Part shown: positions 40,840-53,627 of the stretch, one piece after another
Layout: every line of letters starts with the position of its first letter
How positions within the stretch are numbered: position 1 is the first letter of the stretch
Source of the DNA: the human T2T-CHM13v2.0 reference genome, Homo sapiens
DNA length: 64,000 nt
Strand: one strand, 5' to 3'
Assembly: GCF_009914755.1 (NCBI RefSeq)
Contig: NC_060926.1
Program-made: the position numbers and the translations under genes
Notes under the pieces: model-generated
Told to the model about the DNA's origin: nothing
The model's database searches: none
Seen by the model: the letters and a program-made list of their open reading frames with translations, nothing else

Positions 40840-41125
40840 GTGTCTGTTTCTCTTGTCTGCCTTCATGTGTGCATGGTGTTCTCCTTGTGTGCATATCTGT
40901 GGCCATAGTTCCCCTTTTCATAAGGACACCCATCATATTGGAGTAGGAGCCCACCCTATTCCAATATGATCTCATCTTAACAAATATGAGCCCACACTAC
41001 TCCAATATGATCTCATCTTAACAAATTACATCTGCAATAACCCAGTCTTCAAGTAAAGCCACATTTGGAGATACTGGAGACTTCGACATATGGATTTGGT
41101 GGGAGCACCATTCAACATACAGCAT
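40840..41125. mobile_element. MLT1-family (ERVL-MaLR) LTR fragment
   Basis: ccccttttcataaggacacc..catattgga.tagg.gcccacccta.tcca.tatga.ctcatcttaac..attacatctgcaa. Confidence 0.8.
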
Positions 41126-41618
41126 GTTGGTTCTCATTCATAGTATCCTGTTGCCTTAGATGCCTGGTTATTACTGACTATATGCTTGTCATGATACTGA
41201 AAATATATTTTCTGTGATAATTTGAAGTCTAAATAGAAGGCACCTTCCTTTAGTGAATGTTATTTGCTTCTGCAAAGTACCTGGGTTTGCATCCAGTCTA
41301 GAAGCAATATTAATCAAGTTCAAGGGTTGAGGTTCTCTGAATTACCCAAATGATGCAAACTCAAGCTACAAATCTACAAAAGGGTTGGTTTACCCCTAGT
41401 TCACACCTACTCAGATTTGGTAGCTCCTTGGCTCCCCTTTATTGTAGAGAGTGTCTTCTATTAGACAGCCTACATTATACAGGCCTTGTCGTTTGATATT
41501 TGACCCTTGCTCTCACCTTCCACCCCATGAAGACATGAAAATTTCCAAGACTGGTAAATGATCTAAGGGCAAAGTGGCTTTTATACTCTGTTGTCTCTCC
41601 AGGTTGCCATTTTCCTTT

Positions 41619-41930
41619 TCTTTTCTTTCTTCTTCTTTTTTTTTTTTTTTGGAGGCAGGGTCTTGCTTGTTGCCCAGGCTGGAGTGCAGTGGCATAATCA
41701 TGGCCCACTGTAGCATTAACCTCCTAGGCTCACACAATCCTCCCACCTCTGCCTCCCAAGTAGATGGGACTACAGGTGTGTGCCACCATGTCCAGCCAAT
41801 TTTTAAATTTTTTTGTAGAGACAGAGTCTCACTATGCCCAAGCTGGTCTTGAACTCCTGGGCTCAAGCAATCCTCCCACCTCGGCCTCTCAGAGTGCTGG
41901 GATTACAGGTGGAAGCCGCTGTGCCTGGCC
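41619..41930 (-). mobile_element. AluJ
   Basis: Reverse dimer; TSD cattttccttt. Confidence 0.92.
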
Positions 41931-43166
41931 CATTTTCCTTTCAATTCTGGCCTTATTATTTCTTACTTTGAAAAATATTTTAAAGAATATTCTTATCTAG
42001 AATTTTAAATTTTAAGTGGAAGAGGGTTGGTCTGAATAACTTAAGATCACTATTTGAAAAAAAGAAAACTTAGTCCCTTTTCTTCAGTAACCTCTGTATG
42101 TATTCAGAACTAGCACTTATTGAGGTCATTTCAGGCTGATGAAATATTTATTCAAACATTTATTGTTTACAATAAGTAATAATTCAGTGTCCCATAATAT
42201 GAGAAAATGTGAAACTCAATTTTTTTTCAGGGCTCATCTAAAAACCCTCACCTTATATTTGGATTTATTTGGTATCCATTGAAATGTGACAGAGGAAAAA
42301 TGGTTCTAATATGAAATAATAAGAAAAAATCTATCTTTAATATCTGAAATGGAGTATTTGCTGAAATTAGTATCTGAAGCTAGTGGCTAGCAGCTAGGAT
42401 TTAATATTATTGGGAGCTGTTTCTCCTGAACTATATCAAAGAAAATCACTACTGGCATTTTCAGTGTAAATAAGAGAGAGATGGAGGCCTTGGTCACCAA
42501 AATAAAGGGAGTATATGAATGGCAAATCTAGAGAAAAGGTACATTGTGGGGAGATTAATTTTTTAATGTCAATTTTACAACTCTATCAGGACATAAATAG
42601 CAATATTTGGATAACAGTAAACCAATGACATAATTGGAGAACTCTTAGAAAGTCTTATGAGATGGTGATTCATGGGCCTAGAATTCAGCTCAGCAGACAA
42701 CATACTAAAGATCTCCTTCAGAACAAAAGTCATGAAGGAGAGGGATCAAAGGCTCTCTCCTGATGTAATTATTTTTTTACAGATGATCAGGCTATCAGGT
42801 ACTTTGCTCAGCTTCCTACTGATGCCTTTGGATATTCTTAGATGGTGAATGAATCCATTTAGTACCTCTTCCTTTGCATTCAAGTCAGCCAAACATGGGG
42901 ACATGCTTACCTCCAGAAAGGAGGAAAATGAGCTGAAAGGTCCCCGTGCTTGACACAGAAGCAGAGGAAATCTGCCCCGAGCAGCCTTAAATAATGTTCA
43001 TGTGCCCCCAGTCACAGCGTGAAGGGCCTGGGGGTATCTGAGCACACTGGGAACTAAATCCCCACTTTTCATACAGAAAGCCCCAAAGGCCTGCCTCTGT
43101 CAGTCCCTCTCCCTGCCCCACAACAAAGCAAGTGCCCTCCCCAGAGCAGGGGAAGCAGGGCCTTAC

Positions 43167-43236
43167 CTGTGCTGTCCTCCCCAAGGCCTTCTGCAGCCTC
43201 CCGAAGCTTAATGTCCATCACCCTTGTGGAAATCAT
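43167..43236 (-). CDS. CRACDL: CRACDL coding exon 1 (MISTRVMDIKLREAAEGLGEDST-G); the exon spans 43167-43246 including 10 nt of 5'UTR
   Basis: Minus strand reads tttcag|cgagcttgacATGATTTCC...AGCACAG|gtaagg; 70 coding nt, phase 1. Too short to appear in the ORF track. Confidence 0.93.
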
Positions 43237-45088
43237 GTCAAGCTCGCTGAAATTATATGGAAATTCACGTTAAAGAAACATGGTTAGCAGAAGTTACCAA
43301 TGAGTGAAATGGTGTTCGTGACTGCATTTGCCATGATCTGGCCTGCACACACCCCAGCAAAGACAGTCCAGGGCAGAGTGCAGCACAGTACAGGCCAAAA
43401 CCATATCCACAGCCACAAGATCAGTAACCGCATAAGCGTTTAATCACTGACTGGGGCAATTTAATGGAAAACAGATCACTGAAACAAATGCTTCACTAAT
43501 TTACACACCGCAGATTAGGTTTCTTTCAAAAAAGCTTTTCTCAAATTATAAGAAATGATTTTTTTCTCTTGTTTACTACAGGAAGTTTGGAAAATAGAAT
43601 GAAAATCACCCATAATCCAACCAACCAAGGATAACCACAGTTAATGTTTTCATTTCCTTCCAATAATTTTTTACGCAAATATTTTATCCACATGCACACA
43701 TATCATATTAGGAAGCTTGACTTCCTGATTTTCTTACTTACACCACATCATTAAAATTATTCACGTGTTATTTTAATGGCTACCTAATATTTTGATATAC
43801 TACTGTACCATTATTTATTTACATTGAAATTCTTTTTTGAATGCAATGAAAAATTTCAAACAGATACAAAAATATGAACAACATATAATGAACTCAAGGT
43901 ATGGCTAATCTTGCTTCATCTTTACCCCCACACCCCATCCCACTCCTATGAGGTGATTTCTAAGCAAATCATCCCAGACATGATGATCATTTAATCCATA
44001 TAAATTCAGCTGCTTCCTGAATAAAAAAATCCCTCACTCTTCATGGAAACCAAATGCATGATCACAGGTCAATATTCCTGCTACAGAATACTGAGCTAGT
44101 GGTGTCCATGCCTTCCATAACTGACTGTTACAGTATGCTCTACCTCCATATACTATCACACCATTTATTTAGAAAGCTATTTCTTACTGTTAGGTATGAC
44201 GAATCCTCACACTTAAAAAGGGGGGCTTGAATATTTAACCAATTCACATTTACCACTTGTACACAGCACAGAATGGGAAATGATGGGAGAAATGCAAAGA
44301 AAACACAAACAGAGAAAAGGATTTGCGGGTGTGTGCCCGAGTTGGCTCTAATATTTAGATTTCTTCTAATGTTCATCCTCCCTACCAGCCAATCCCTCAA
44401 AAGCTGAACAAAGTTTCACCAGCTCCAGCTCTCAATGTTCATACAATTTGGCTTCAAAAAAATGTCCGGTCTTGTGTCGGCTCTGCCAAAAACTCTTGGA
44501 ACTTCACCAGATTTGACTCATGATCATGCTATCATTATCTATAAAATGAGGGTTGGACAGAAACAGTATTTTTCAAATCCTTTACCACTGTTTTAGGCTT
44601 CAAAGGACATCCTTGCTTTCATCATCTGTGTTCACATTCAAAGCAACAGACAATGCTATCAAACAGCAGAATGATAGTAGTTCTAGGCTGGTGGCCCAAC
44701 CCAAAGGCCCAGGTGTTCCAAAGGTCACCCCCTCAATCCCCCCTGCAATATGTTAGTCAGTCAGCAACCCCCTCATCCCCAAGAGTCCTTTAGAGGTGGT
44801 AGCTGCTGGGGATTCAATGGAAGAGGCAATGGAGAAGGAAAACATACGGTGTAAGGGGAAGAGTGAAGATGGTGAGGGTGGCCTAGGAGTCACCATCTGT
44901 TCCCCTCAGTGCCATCTCCTGAGGGTGCCACTGAGCTCTAGCTCAGTGCAAGAGTTTTCCATTGCCTGAATTTGGAGTTAACCATGGCAACTGCAAATTA
45001 CTTATCAAGCATGCAGCTATCACCTGAATTATCTCATTTAATCCCCAAGAACTTTTAATATTCCCATTTTGGAGATGAGAACATTTTT

Positions 45089-45323
45089 AGCTCACTGCAT
45101 CCTCAACCTCCTGGGCTCAAGAGATCCTCCCACCTCAGCCCCCCCACAAATAGCTGGGAACACAGGCCCACGCCACCACACTTGGCTAATTTTTTGTATT
45201 TTTTGTAGAAACGGGGTTTCGCCATGTTGGCCAGGCTGGTCTTGAACTCTTGAGCTCAAGCAATCTGCTTGCCTTGGCCTCCCAAAGTGCTTGGGATTAC
45301 AGGTGTAAGCCACTGCACCCAGC
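45089..45323 (-). mobile_element. AluJ lacking its 3' end, inserted in a MIR
   Basis: Starts abruptly at agctcactgca; TSD gagaacattt at 45077-45086 and 45325-45334; MIR-like flanks. Confidence 0.85.
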
Positions 45324-48300
45324 AGAGAACATTTCTGATATTAAGCGGTTTATTAACTTGCCTAAGGTAGCAGAGCAGATATGGCGTCTATACTCACACT
45401 GACTGCATACCCAGCATGGGCAGGTGCTTCTGAGGCACTGGGATACAGTGACAGATGAGACCCACGTGGTTCCCGCCTCTTGCAGGTGCTGACCCAGTGA
45501 AGGGCAGAGCCCTGAGCTGTCCCCAGTGGGGCTCAAGAGAAGCTGGAGAATCCAAAGGACAGGATCTCCCACTGAAATGGCTCTGCCTGCCAAGAAGCCT
45601 TACCCAGGGTCAGGCCAGAACTCAGAGGCTGGAGGAGCCCCGAGAGATCATGCACTGGGTCTGATGGGGTTTCTTCGTCTGGGGAAAGGAACCGGAGGCC
45701 ACTGTGATGTGTCAGCTAACTGGGAAAGGATTAACACTCTGGAGAAACCATGATGTTACGCAACACATCAAGGTCATGTGGACACCTTGCAAATGAAAAG
45801 TGTCCTTGTTGGGAAGAACAAGGTGAGTGCCAGAGGTGTGTGTGAGAGTGTGTATGAGCCCTGTGGGTGGGTGTGCAGAGGGGCACCCCCTCCTGCCAAG
45901 CCCGGATCAGTCCAGAGGCTCAGGCTTGCTTCTCCCTGGGTTGAAGGACATGGTTGTGAGAAAGCTGCACGGGGCAGAGGGTTCAGATGCAGATGTAGGC
46001 GGAGGGCCGGGGAGGGGGGAGCATGGGAGGGGATGCAGACTCACCTGTGTAGGTCCTTCCACCCTACTCTCAGCCAGAAGATGCAGACAGCACCCCCAGA
46101 CCACCAAGACCACCAAGACCACCAGTGGACTCACACAAGGAGGCAAAGGTTGCCCACCGACAAAGGGACAACAAATGGATCTCATGTCACATGGAAGGTT
46201 TCAGAACCTACTCATGTTTTATGTCCCAAGCATCTTCATACAGATAAGAGCATAACATGGGGTGGAGGAAGGTGGCAAAAACTTGAATGTTAGGCAGTCC
46301 CGGGGTGGCTTCTTCACCCTACCACCTACCAGTGCCAGGCCTCAGTATCCTCATAGGCAAAAGGAGGATAATAATACTATAATCAAATGAAACCAGGACA
46401 TGGCATGCAGCAAGCACAAGCTGAGCCCTGCTGTCGGTTTCTGCAGCCCACTCCTCACCACCACGTGATACTGTTTATGGACAAAGGCTCCCAGAGCACA
46501 CATGCCCGGCATGCCCTGGCAGCAGGTAAGCGCCAGTCTTCCAAGCAAATGGCTCACTTCAAAGTCACCATTGTCAGTCACAGGACAAACACCTGGCTTT
46601 CCAGCTGACCCCTGTGCTTCCTGATCCCCACAGCCCGATGGGCTCAAACCACTGCCAGGTAAGTGATGAAAACACGTTCAGGGTCACAGAGGAATGTCTG
46701 TCCAGAGTCCGCAGGCTGCAAAGGTGGAGAACTGTTTCCTTCATGTGGACATTCCAGGTGGAAACACCCCACAGCTGTGACAATGGAACATCATCTCTGT
46801 TGGGCCAAGTAACTCGCCTTTCTGAATATGCGTTCCCCAAGCCGCAGTAAAGTTCAAGGAAACGCCAGATGTAAAACCGTAATTAGAAAGGCAATGTGGC
46901 AAATACCCAATACCTCCCAGACCTCCTTTTGCTCCTCACACGAAGACAGTGCTTCTCACTGGAGCTCCAAGGTCAAGTCAGGCCACCTCAGTGTCCCCTC
47001 AACCAGCATCTGCCTTCCACCCTTCCACTCCTGGAGTTCTGAGAGCTCCAAGTCCAAGTTAAAGAAAACTTACTCTTTAAGCTAAATCTGGACCGCCAGG
47101 GCCTCTTCAGGGCTTCTAATGAACTTACCAGAGGGCTGAGCCTCCAGGCCCTGCTGCGGGGCACAGCACTTTGTCAGTGTGTATCTGGGCACCCACAGAA
47201 TCCAAGGGAGTCCTGCATCTAAAAAGACCCCTTAATGTGGGGGCCGCCCCACTCCCTCTCCCTCCACCCTAACTGACCACAGCCTCCTTCCCAGCTTATA
47301 GCAGAGTTCTATCATTAGTCTCAGCTTCTATAGAAATATTTCTACAAAAGTTAATCCACATAAAGAATGAGAACAGATTTTAATATGGCATTTTAAAGGT
47401 TTCAATCCATTATATTTACCTACACAATGCAAAGAAAAATATCTGTACCCTGACTCCATACATCTGAGCACATAATTATGTATGAAAGCTTTAGTGTTCA
47501 CCCTACAGATACCCTAATCCCACACCACTCTCCAGGCTGTTTGGACCCCTGTGGATTCTTTCTTAGCTCCCGGTACCGTTCTTTCACATTGCTCACCAAG
47601 GTTGTCATCAATAACTTGTTTGGGAGGTGTCTGCTGAACATCCCTTCCTCCCAAGGCTGTGGGTTTTGAGGGGTGAGTGCTATGCCTATTATATTCACTG
47701 CTCTTTTACCAGTACCCAGGACAGTGCCCGACCAGAGAACTGAACAGATCACACCAAACAAGAGAACTGACAAACTAGAGGGGCTTCTGGGTATTAGAAT
47801 CCTTTCAGATCTTTGAATATCAATTCATTTAACCTCAGAGAGCTGTAGAGAGACCCAGAAAGAGTGACTCTTGGTTCACCTTTCCCTTATCAGTTTGAAG
47901 AGGTGATTTAGTCTACCTGAGGTCAGCGTTAGGGAAGACAGGGAAAACACCCACCTTTATTCAGTCTTTACACCTCCCTTTCCAACAGTGCTTTCCCTCA
48001 CTTTCTTCCCATAGCAGGGTTCTGCCATCTACCCTGCATCACCTTCTCCAGGGTCTCTGTACCCACCAACTTTCAGGTCAGTATCAGCAGTGATGCCCTC
48101 TCAGAGCTAAGTATTTTAAATAGAAAACTCCAATGAAAGAAAATAAGTGCCAACATAGATTCTAAACTCCAGAAAAATATCCTTCAAATTTAAAGGTAGG
48201 TTAGACTTCCAAGTGGTAGAGTAGCCTACACCACAGTAAAACTTTCCACTGATGATAAGTATAAACTGTGGAGAAAAGATGAAAAACAATCATTTGAAGG

Positions 48301-49344
48301 CAGTTATGAGCAACTGAAAGCAGAAATTAAAGTGGAATCAACTCTTCTTTTCTTTTTTATTATTTTTTAGTTTTTTATTTTTGGAATCAACACTTAAAAA
48401 AAGGGAATTGCAGTAGGAGTGATTTATGTGTGTAGGGCTTTTGACCTGGAAAAGCTCTCAGGTATGTGTGTTGTGGAGTGGCTGGAGCTCAAATACAAAG
48501 CCATAATCTTATGGGCTTGATGAATCCAAGAATGGAATTTAGGGCTGCCAGAGCAGATGGAAACTGAGGGAGAATATCTTAGGAAGGAAAAAACTTCAGA
48601 GAGAGGAGCACCAAAATCCACATGTAAACCCTATCCTAATTCTTGGCTCCCCTCCCCTGAATTCTGCACATACTGGGGAGACTCCAAGGAACCAGGCAGA
48701 AGATAACAGCTGGGAGGCTGAGGGAAATGAACTAAGATTTTTCTACTGCTCACTGCAGGAGAGACAGAGTTCACAGGTAACAAACAGCCTGCTAGAACAA
48801 AATCAATAATCTTCGGGACAGCATAGGTTCCAGAGTTCCTATGAAATATCATTTACAATGTCTACCATATAATCAAAATTTACAAAACATGCAAAGAAAT
48901 AGGAAAATATGACCCATAGTCATGAGAAAAAAAACACCTAAGAAAGAATAATCCTGAGTGACCAAAATGCTTAAATAGCCAACAAAGACTTTAAAGAAGC
49001 TACTTAAAACAAAAATGTAGCCATAATATATAAAAAGATAAAGAATTTCAAATTAGAAACATACAATATAAAGAAGAAACACATGGAAATCATCAAGATG
49101 AAAACTGTAATTTCTAAAATAAAATATTTATTAAATGGGCTTAACAGCAGATTGAAGACATCAAAAGAAAGGATCAATCAAATTGAAGAGAGATCAATAG
49201 AAATGATCCAATCTGAAGAACAGAGAGAAAAAGACTGGGAAAAAAGTGAATCTGAACACAGCCTCAGTGACCAGTGGTGCAGTATTGATTGGTCTAACAT
49301 ATATTTAATTGAGTCCCAGAAACAGGGAGTGGGGGGAGTGTGAA

Positions 49345-49497
49345 GAAGCAGGAGAGAGAAAGAGGGAAAAGGAGAGAGAAGAAGGAAGGAGAGGGAAGGG
49401 GTGGGTGCGGGAGAGAGAGAGAGAGAGGGAGGAGAGGGGAGGGGAGGGGAGGGGAAGGGAAGGGAAAGGGAAGGGAAGGGGAAAGGGAAGGGGGGGC
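49345..49497. repeat. Polypurine (GA/GGAAG/GGGGA) low-complexity tract
   Basis: About 150 bp composed almost entirely of A and G. Confidence 0.92.
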
Positions 49498-50438
49498 ATT
49501 AAAAATATTTGGAGAACTTACGAATAAACATTTCTCCAAAATGGTGGAAAAGATAATGTTACAGATCTAAGAATCTTAGCAAACTCCAAGAAAACCACAA
49601 CAAGGCACATCATAGACCTCACAGAAGTGTGGAACACAGCATAGTGTACTAAAACCAAAGATGAAGAGGAAATCTTGACAACAGCCAGAGAAAAATGACA
49701 CATCATAAACAGGCAAACAACAATATAAATGACCAACAATGGATAAGAAAAGCCAACAGAATAGTCTCTTTAAAGTGCTGATAGAAAACAAAGAACAACC
49801 CAATATTCTATATCCAGAAAAATTATCCTTCAATAATGAAGGCAAAATATAGACATTTTTAGATAAGTGAAAAGTACTTTCACTTATCTAAAAAGTGATA
49901 TGTACTACACTTTTCTAAAAAGTGATATGTACTGCAGATATGTACTACAGGAAATGCAAAACAAAAGTTTTTTAGGATGAAAGAAAATTATACCAGATTG
50001 AAATTGAAAGCTATAGAAAGAATGAAGCATAATGAATGTGGTAAATATGTGGGTAAATATTAAAAAGTACGTGTTTTTCTTTTCTAAATTTATTTAAATG
50101 CATATAACAACTAAAAAAACTATTATGAATTTACAATGTATGTAGATGTAATATGTGACTATAACATAAAGGTAGGAGTTGTATGTATGACTAGACTATC
50201 ACAAGGTTCTGGCATTTTACGTGAAGTGGTACAAGACTAACTCTAAACAGACAGTCACAATTTCAGAATTAATACTGTGATCCCTAGAGAAAACACTAAA
50301 AAATTTAATGCAAAGAAGTTTAGCTAAAACGCTAAAATAAAATTTATAATGGAACACCCAAAAATTCAATTAACCCCAAAAAAGGCAGAACAGAGGAACA
50401 AAACAAATAGGAAGAACAGAGGAACAAAAACAAAACCA

Positions 50439-50790
<352 letters not shown>

Positions 50791-51444
50791 TTAAATAAAA
50801 AATATATAAAGCTTCTAAAAAATCATCAGAACCTATCTACTTGACCTTGAGATAAGCAAAGATGTCTTACAGATGCCTAAAAAAACCATAAAAGAAAAAA
50901 TTTATAGTTTGCACTTCATCAAAATGAAATACTTCTGCTCATCAAAAGACAATGTTAGAAAAATGAATAGGTAAGTGACTGGTAGAGAGAAAATATTCGT
51001 AAAAAATATCTTACAAAAATAAAACCACTTGTATCTAGCATGTATAAAGAATCCCTAGAACCCAATAAATGAAATGCAAACAATCCCCTGCCTTAAACTT
51101 GGGCAAATGATTTGAAATATATGCAAATAGCCAATAATGAAACGTCACATGAAAAAGAATATAATTAAGGAAACATCAGACAAACCCAAATGAGAGACAT
51201 TCTGTAAAATAACTCTCTAGTACTATTAAAAACATGTCAAGGACAGGAGGAAGGCCAAGAAACCATTTCAGAATAGAAGCAATATATGATCCAGGACTGG
51301 AGAATGAGGAAGTGCTATAAAAGCCATTACTGGGACAAATGACAAAAGTTACATATGGACTGTGGATTACATCATAACATCACATCAACTTAAAGTTTGC
51401 TGATTTTGATCATTGTAACTATGATTATTAAAAAGAATGTTCTT

Positions 51445-51738
51445 GGCTGGGTGCGGCGGCTCACGCCTGTAATCCCAACACTTTGGGAGCCCAAGGCAGG
51501 TGGATCACGAGTTCAAGACCAGCCTGGCCAACATGGTGAAACCCCATCTCTACTAAAAATACAAAAATTAGCTGGGCATGGTGGCGCATTCCTGTAATCC
51601 CAGCTACTTGGGAGGCTGAGGCAAGAGAATTGCTTGAACTGGGACTTGGGAGGCAGAAGTTAGGGTGAGCCAAGATCACACCACTGCACTCCAGCCTGGG
51701 CTACAGAGCAAGACTCCATCTCAAAAAAAAAAAAAAAA
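51445..51738 (+). mobile_element. AluS
   Basis: Dimer with poly(A); gttctt on both flanks. Confidence 0.93.
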
Positions 51739-53155
51739 GTTCTTGTTCTTTGGAAGTACATATGTGATTTTCTGAGCTCACTAATAGTCCAAAAAATGTT
51801 ACAAACATATAGATATATATGTTCTTTATATAAACATACAAAGAAATAAGGATATATCACGAGGCAAAATGTGAAAAATTGGTAAATCTGACTAAAAATT
51901 ATATGATAAATTCCTTCACTATGTAACTTTTCTGTAAATTTGGTATTATATCAAATAAAAAGTTATACAAAAGTTATCCAAAAAAAAGGGAAGCAGTAAT
52001 TTCAGAATGGTAGTGTGAAGAATTTGGTGAAAAGTCTGACTCATACACAGGGAAAAAAGCAGGCAATAGAAACTGCCTTTAAGAGGGCACAGGTGTTGAA
52101 CTCCTCAGACAAAACCTTCAAAGCAGCTATTATAGATATGCTCAAAGAAATAAAGGAAGACATGCTTAAAGAGTTAAAAGAAGGGATGATTACAGCTTAT
52201 CAAATTGAGATTATTAAAAGAGGTAGAAACTATAAAAATAAACAAACTGAAAATTCTTGAGTTGAAAAGTACAATAAGTGAAATGAGAAAATTCACTGAA
52301 GAGGCTCAACAGGAGATTCGAGTTGGCACAATAAAAAAATCAGCAAATTAAAAAATAGATCAATAGAGATTATGCAATTTGAAGGAAAAAAATGAACAGA
52401 GACTCAGAAAAATTCAAAACATCATTAACTATACAAATATTCAGAATGGGAGTCCCAAAGGAGAGGACAGAGAAAAATGTAGAAAAATGATTCTCTGAAA
52501 TAATAGCCAAAAACTTTCTAAATTTGAGGAAAAACAGTAATCTACATATCCAAGTAGCTCAAAAATCTTCAAGTAAGATAAACACAGAGAACTGCTCACA
52601 GACACAGAGTGAAAATGTGAAAGCTAAAGATAAGGAGAAAAACTTGAAAGCAGCAAGAGAAAAGAGTTATATAGTTGAAAATCATCATAAAATTTACAGC
52701 TAATTTCTTATCAGAAACATTGGAGACCAGAAAGCAGTAGGGTGACATATTCAAAGTACCAAAAGAAAAAAATTTCAACCAAGAATTCTGTATCCAACAA
52801 AGCTATATTTCAAAAATGAAGATGAACTAGAGATATTCAAGAAAAACAAAAACTGAGATGATTTCTTGCTAGCAGACCTGTCTTACAATAAATATTAAAG
52901 GAAGTTCTTCTGGCCAAAAGCAACACCAAGCAGTAACTTGAATCTACACAAAAAATCAGAGGCATCAATAAAGGTAATTTTGTAGGGAATTATAAAAGAC
53001 AGTGTAATTGAATATTTCTTCTCATTTTTTTTATAGCTGATTCAAAAAGCAATGGCATAAAATGGTATTAAAATTGCATTGTTGGGACTATAATGTATAG
53101 CAATGTAGTATATTTGACAATAACAACAAAAAGGAGGAGGGTAGAAATGAAATTT

Positions 53156-53627
53156 TGTAAATTTTTAAAACTTCATATTTTCCTGATGCCTCAACGTCCT
53201 CACAAACAGGCTGTGAACATCATGCCCAGGCAACCAGGTGTACCAGTGTGAGAAGGATGGTCCCTGCAACAAGTTCCCCTTCTTGTCCCCTGACTATGAC
53301 CTAGTGACATTCAACATGCAAATGAACCAGTAAGATCTTCTCATGATTCTTTTATTAGGAGTCATGATACCCTGACCCCTAATAAAAGCACTTGCCCAGG
53401 GATCCACACTGTTACTTATCTCTCCACCTGCTCTGTTGAGTCTGCTCCCTAGGAGCTCCTCCAATATGATCCCATGCATGGTGTGGCATGCCATGCCTCC
53501 TTCTCTAGGACCTGCAAGTATAATAAATCCTTTAATGGCATCTGTCTCTCCAGGTGCAATTTGCATAGTCATGTTGGAATGATCCTTAAACACCCTAAAA
53601 GGGGAACTTATTACCCCGTTTACAACA
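53156..53627 (+). mobile_element. Solo LTR (ERVL-like; subfamily uncertain) inserted in L1
   Basis: TG...CA ends, TATA-like aataaaagc, ggacctgcaagtataataaa poly(A) signal; L1 sequence resumes on both sides. Confidence 0.6.

Larger units (their letters stand above)
36100..41460 (-). mobile_element. Decayed L1M block (several fragments) hosting Tigger4a, MADE1 and MLT1
   Basis: T-rich plus strand with L1 ORF2 and 3'UTR motifs; ORF 40101..40307(-) gives the L1 ORF2 peptide KTYYKAAVIKTVWYWQKDR. Confidence 0.8.
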
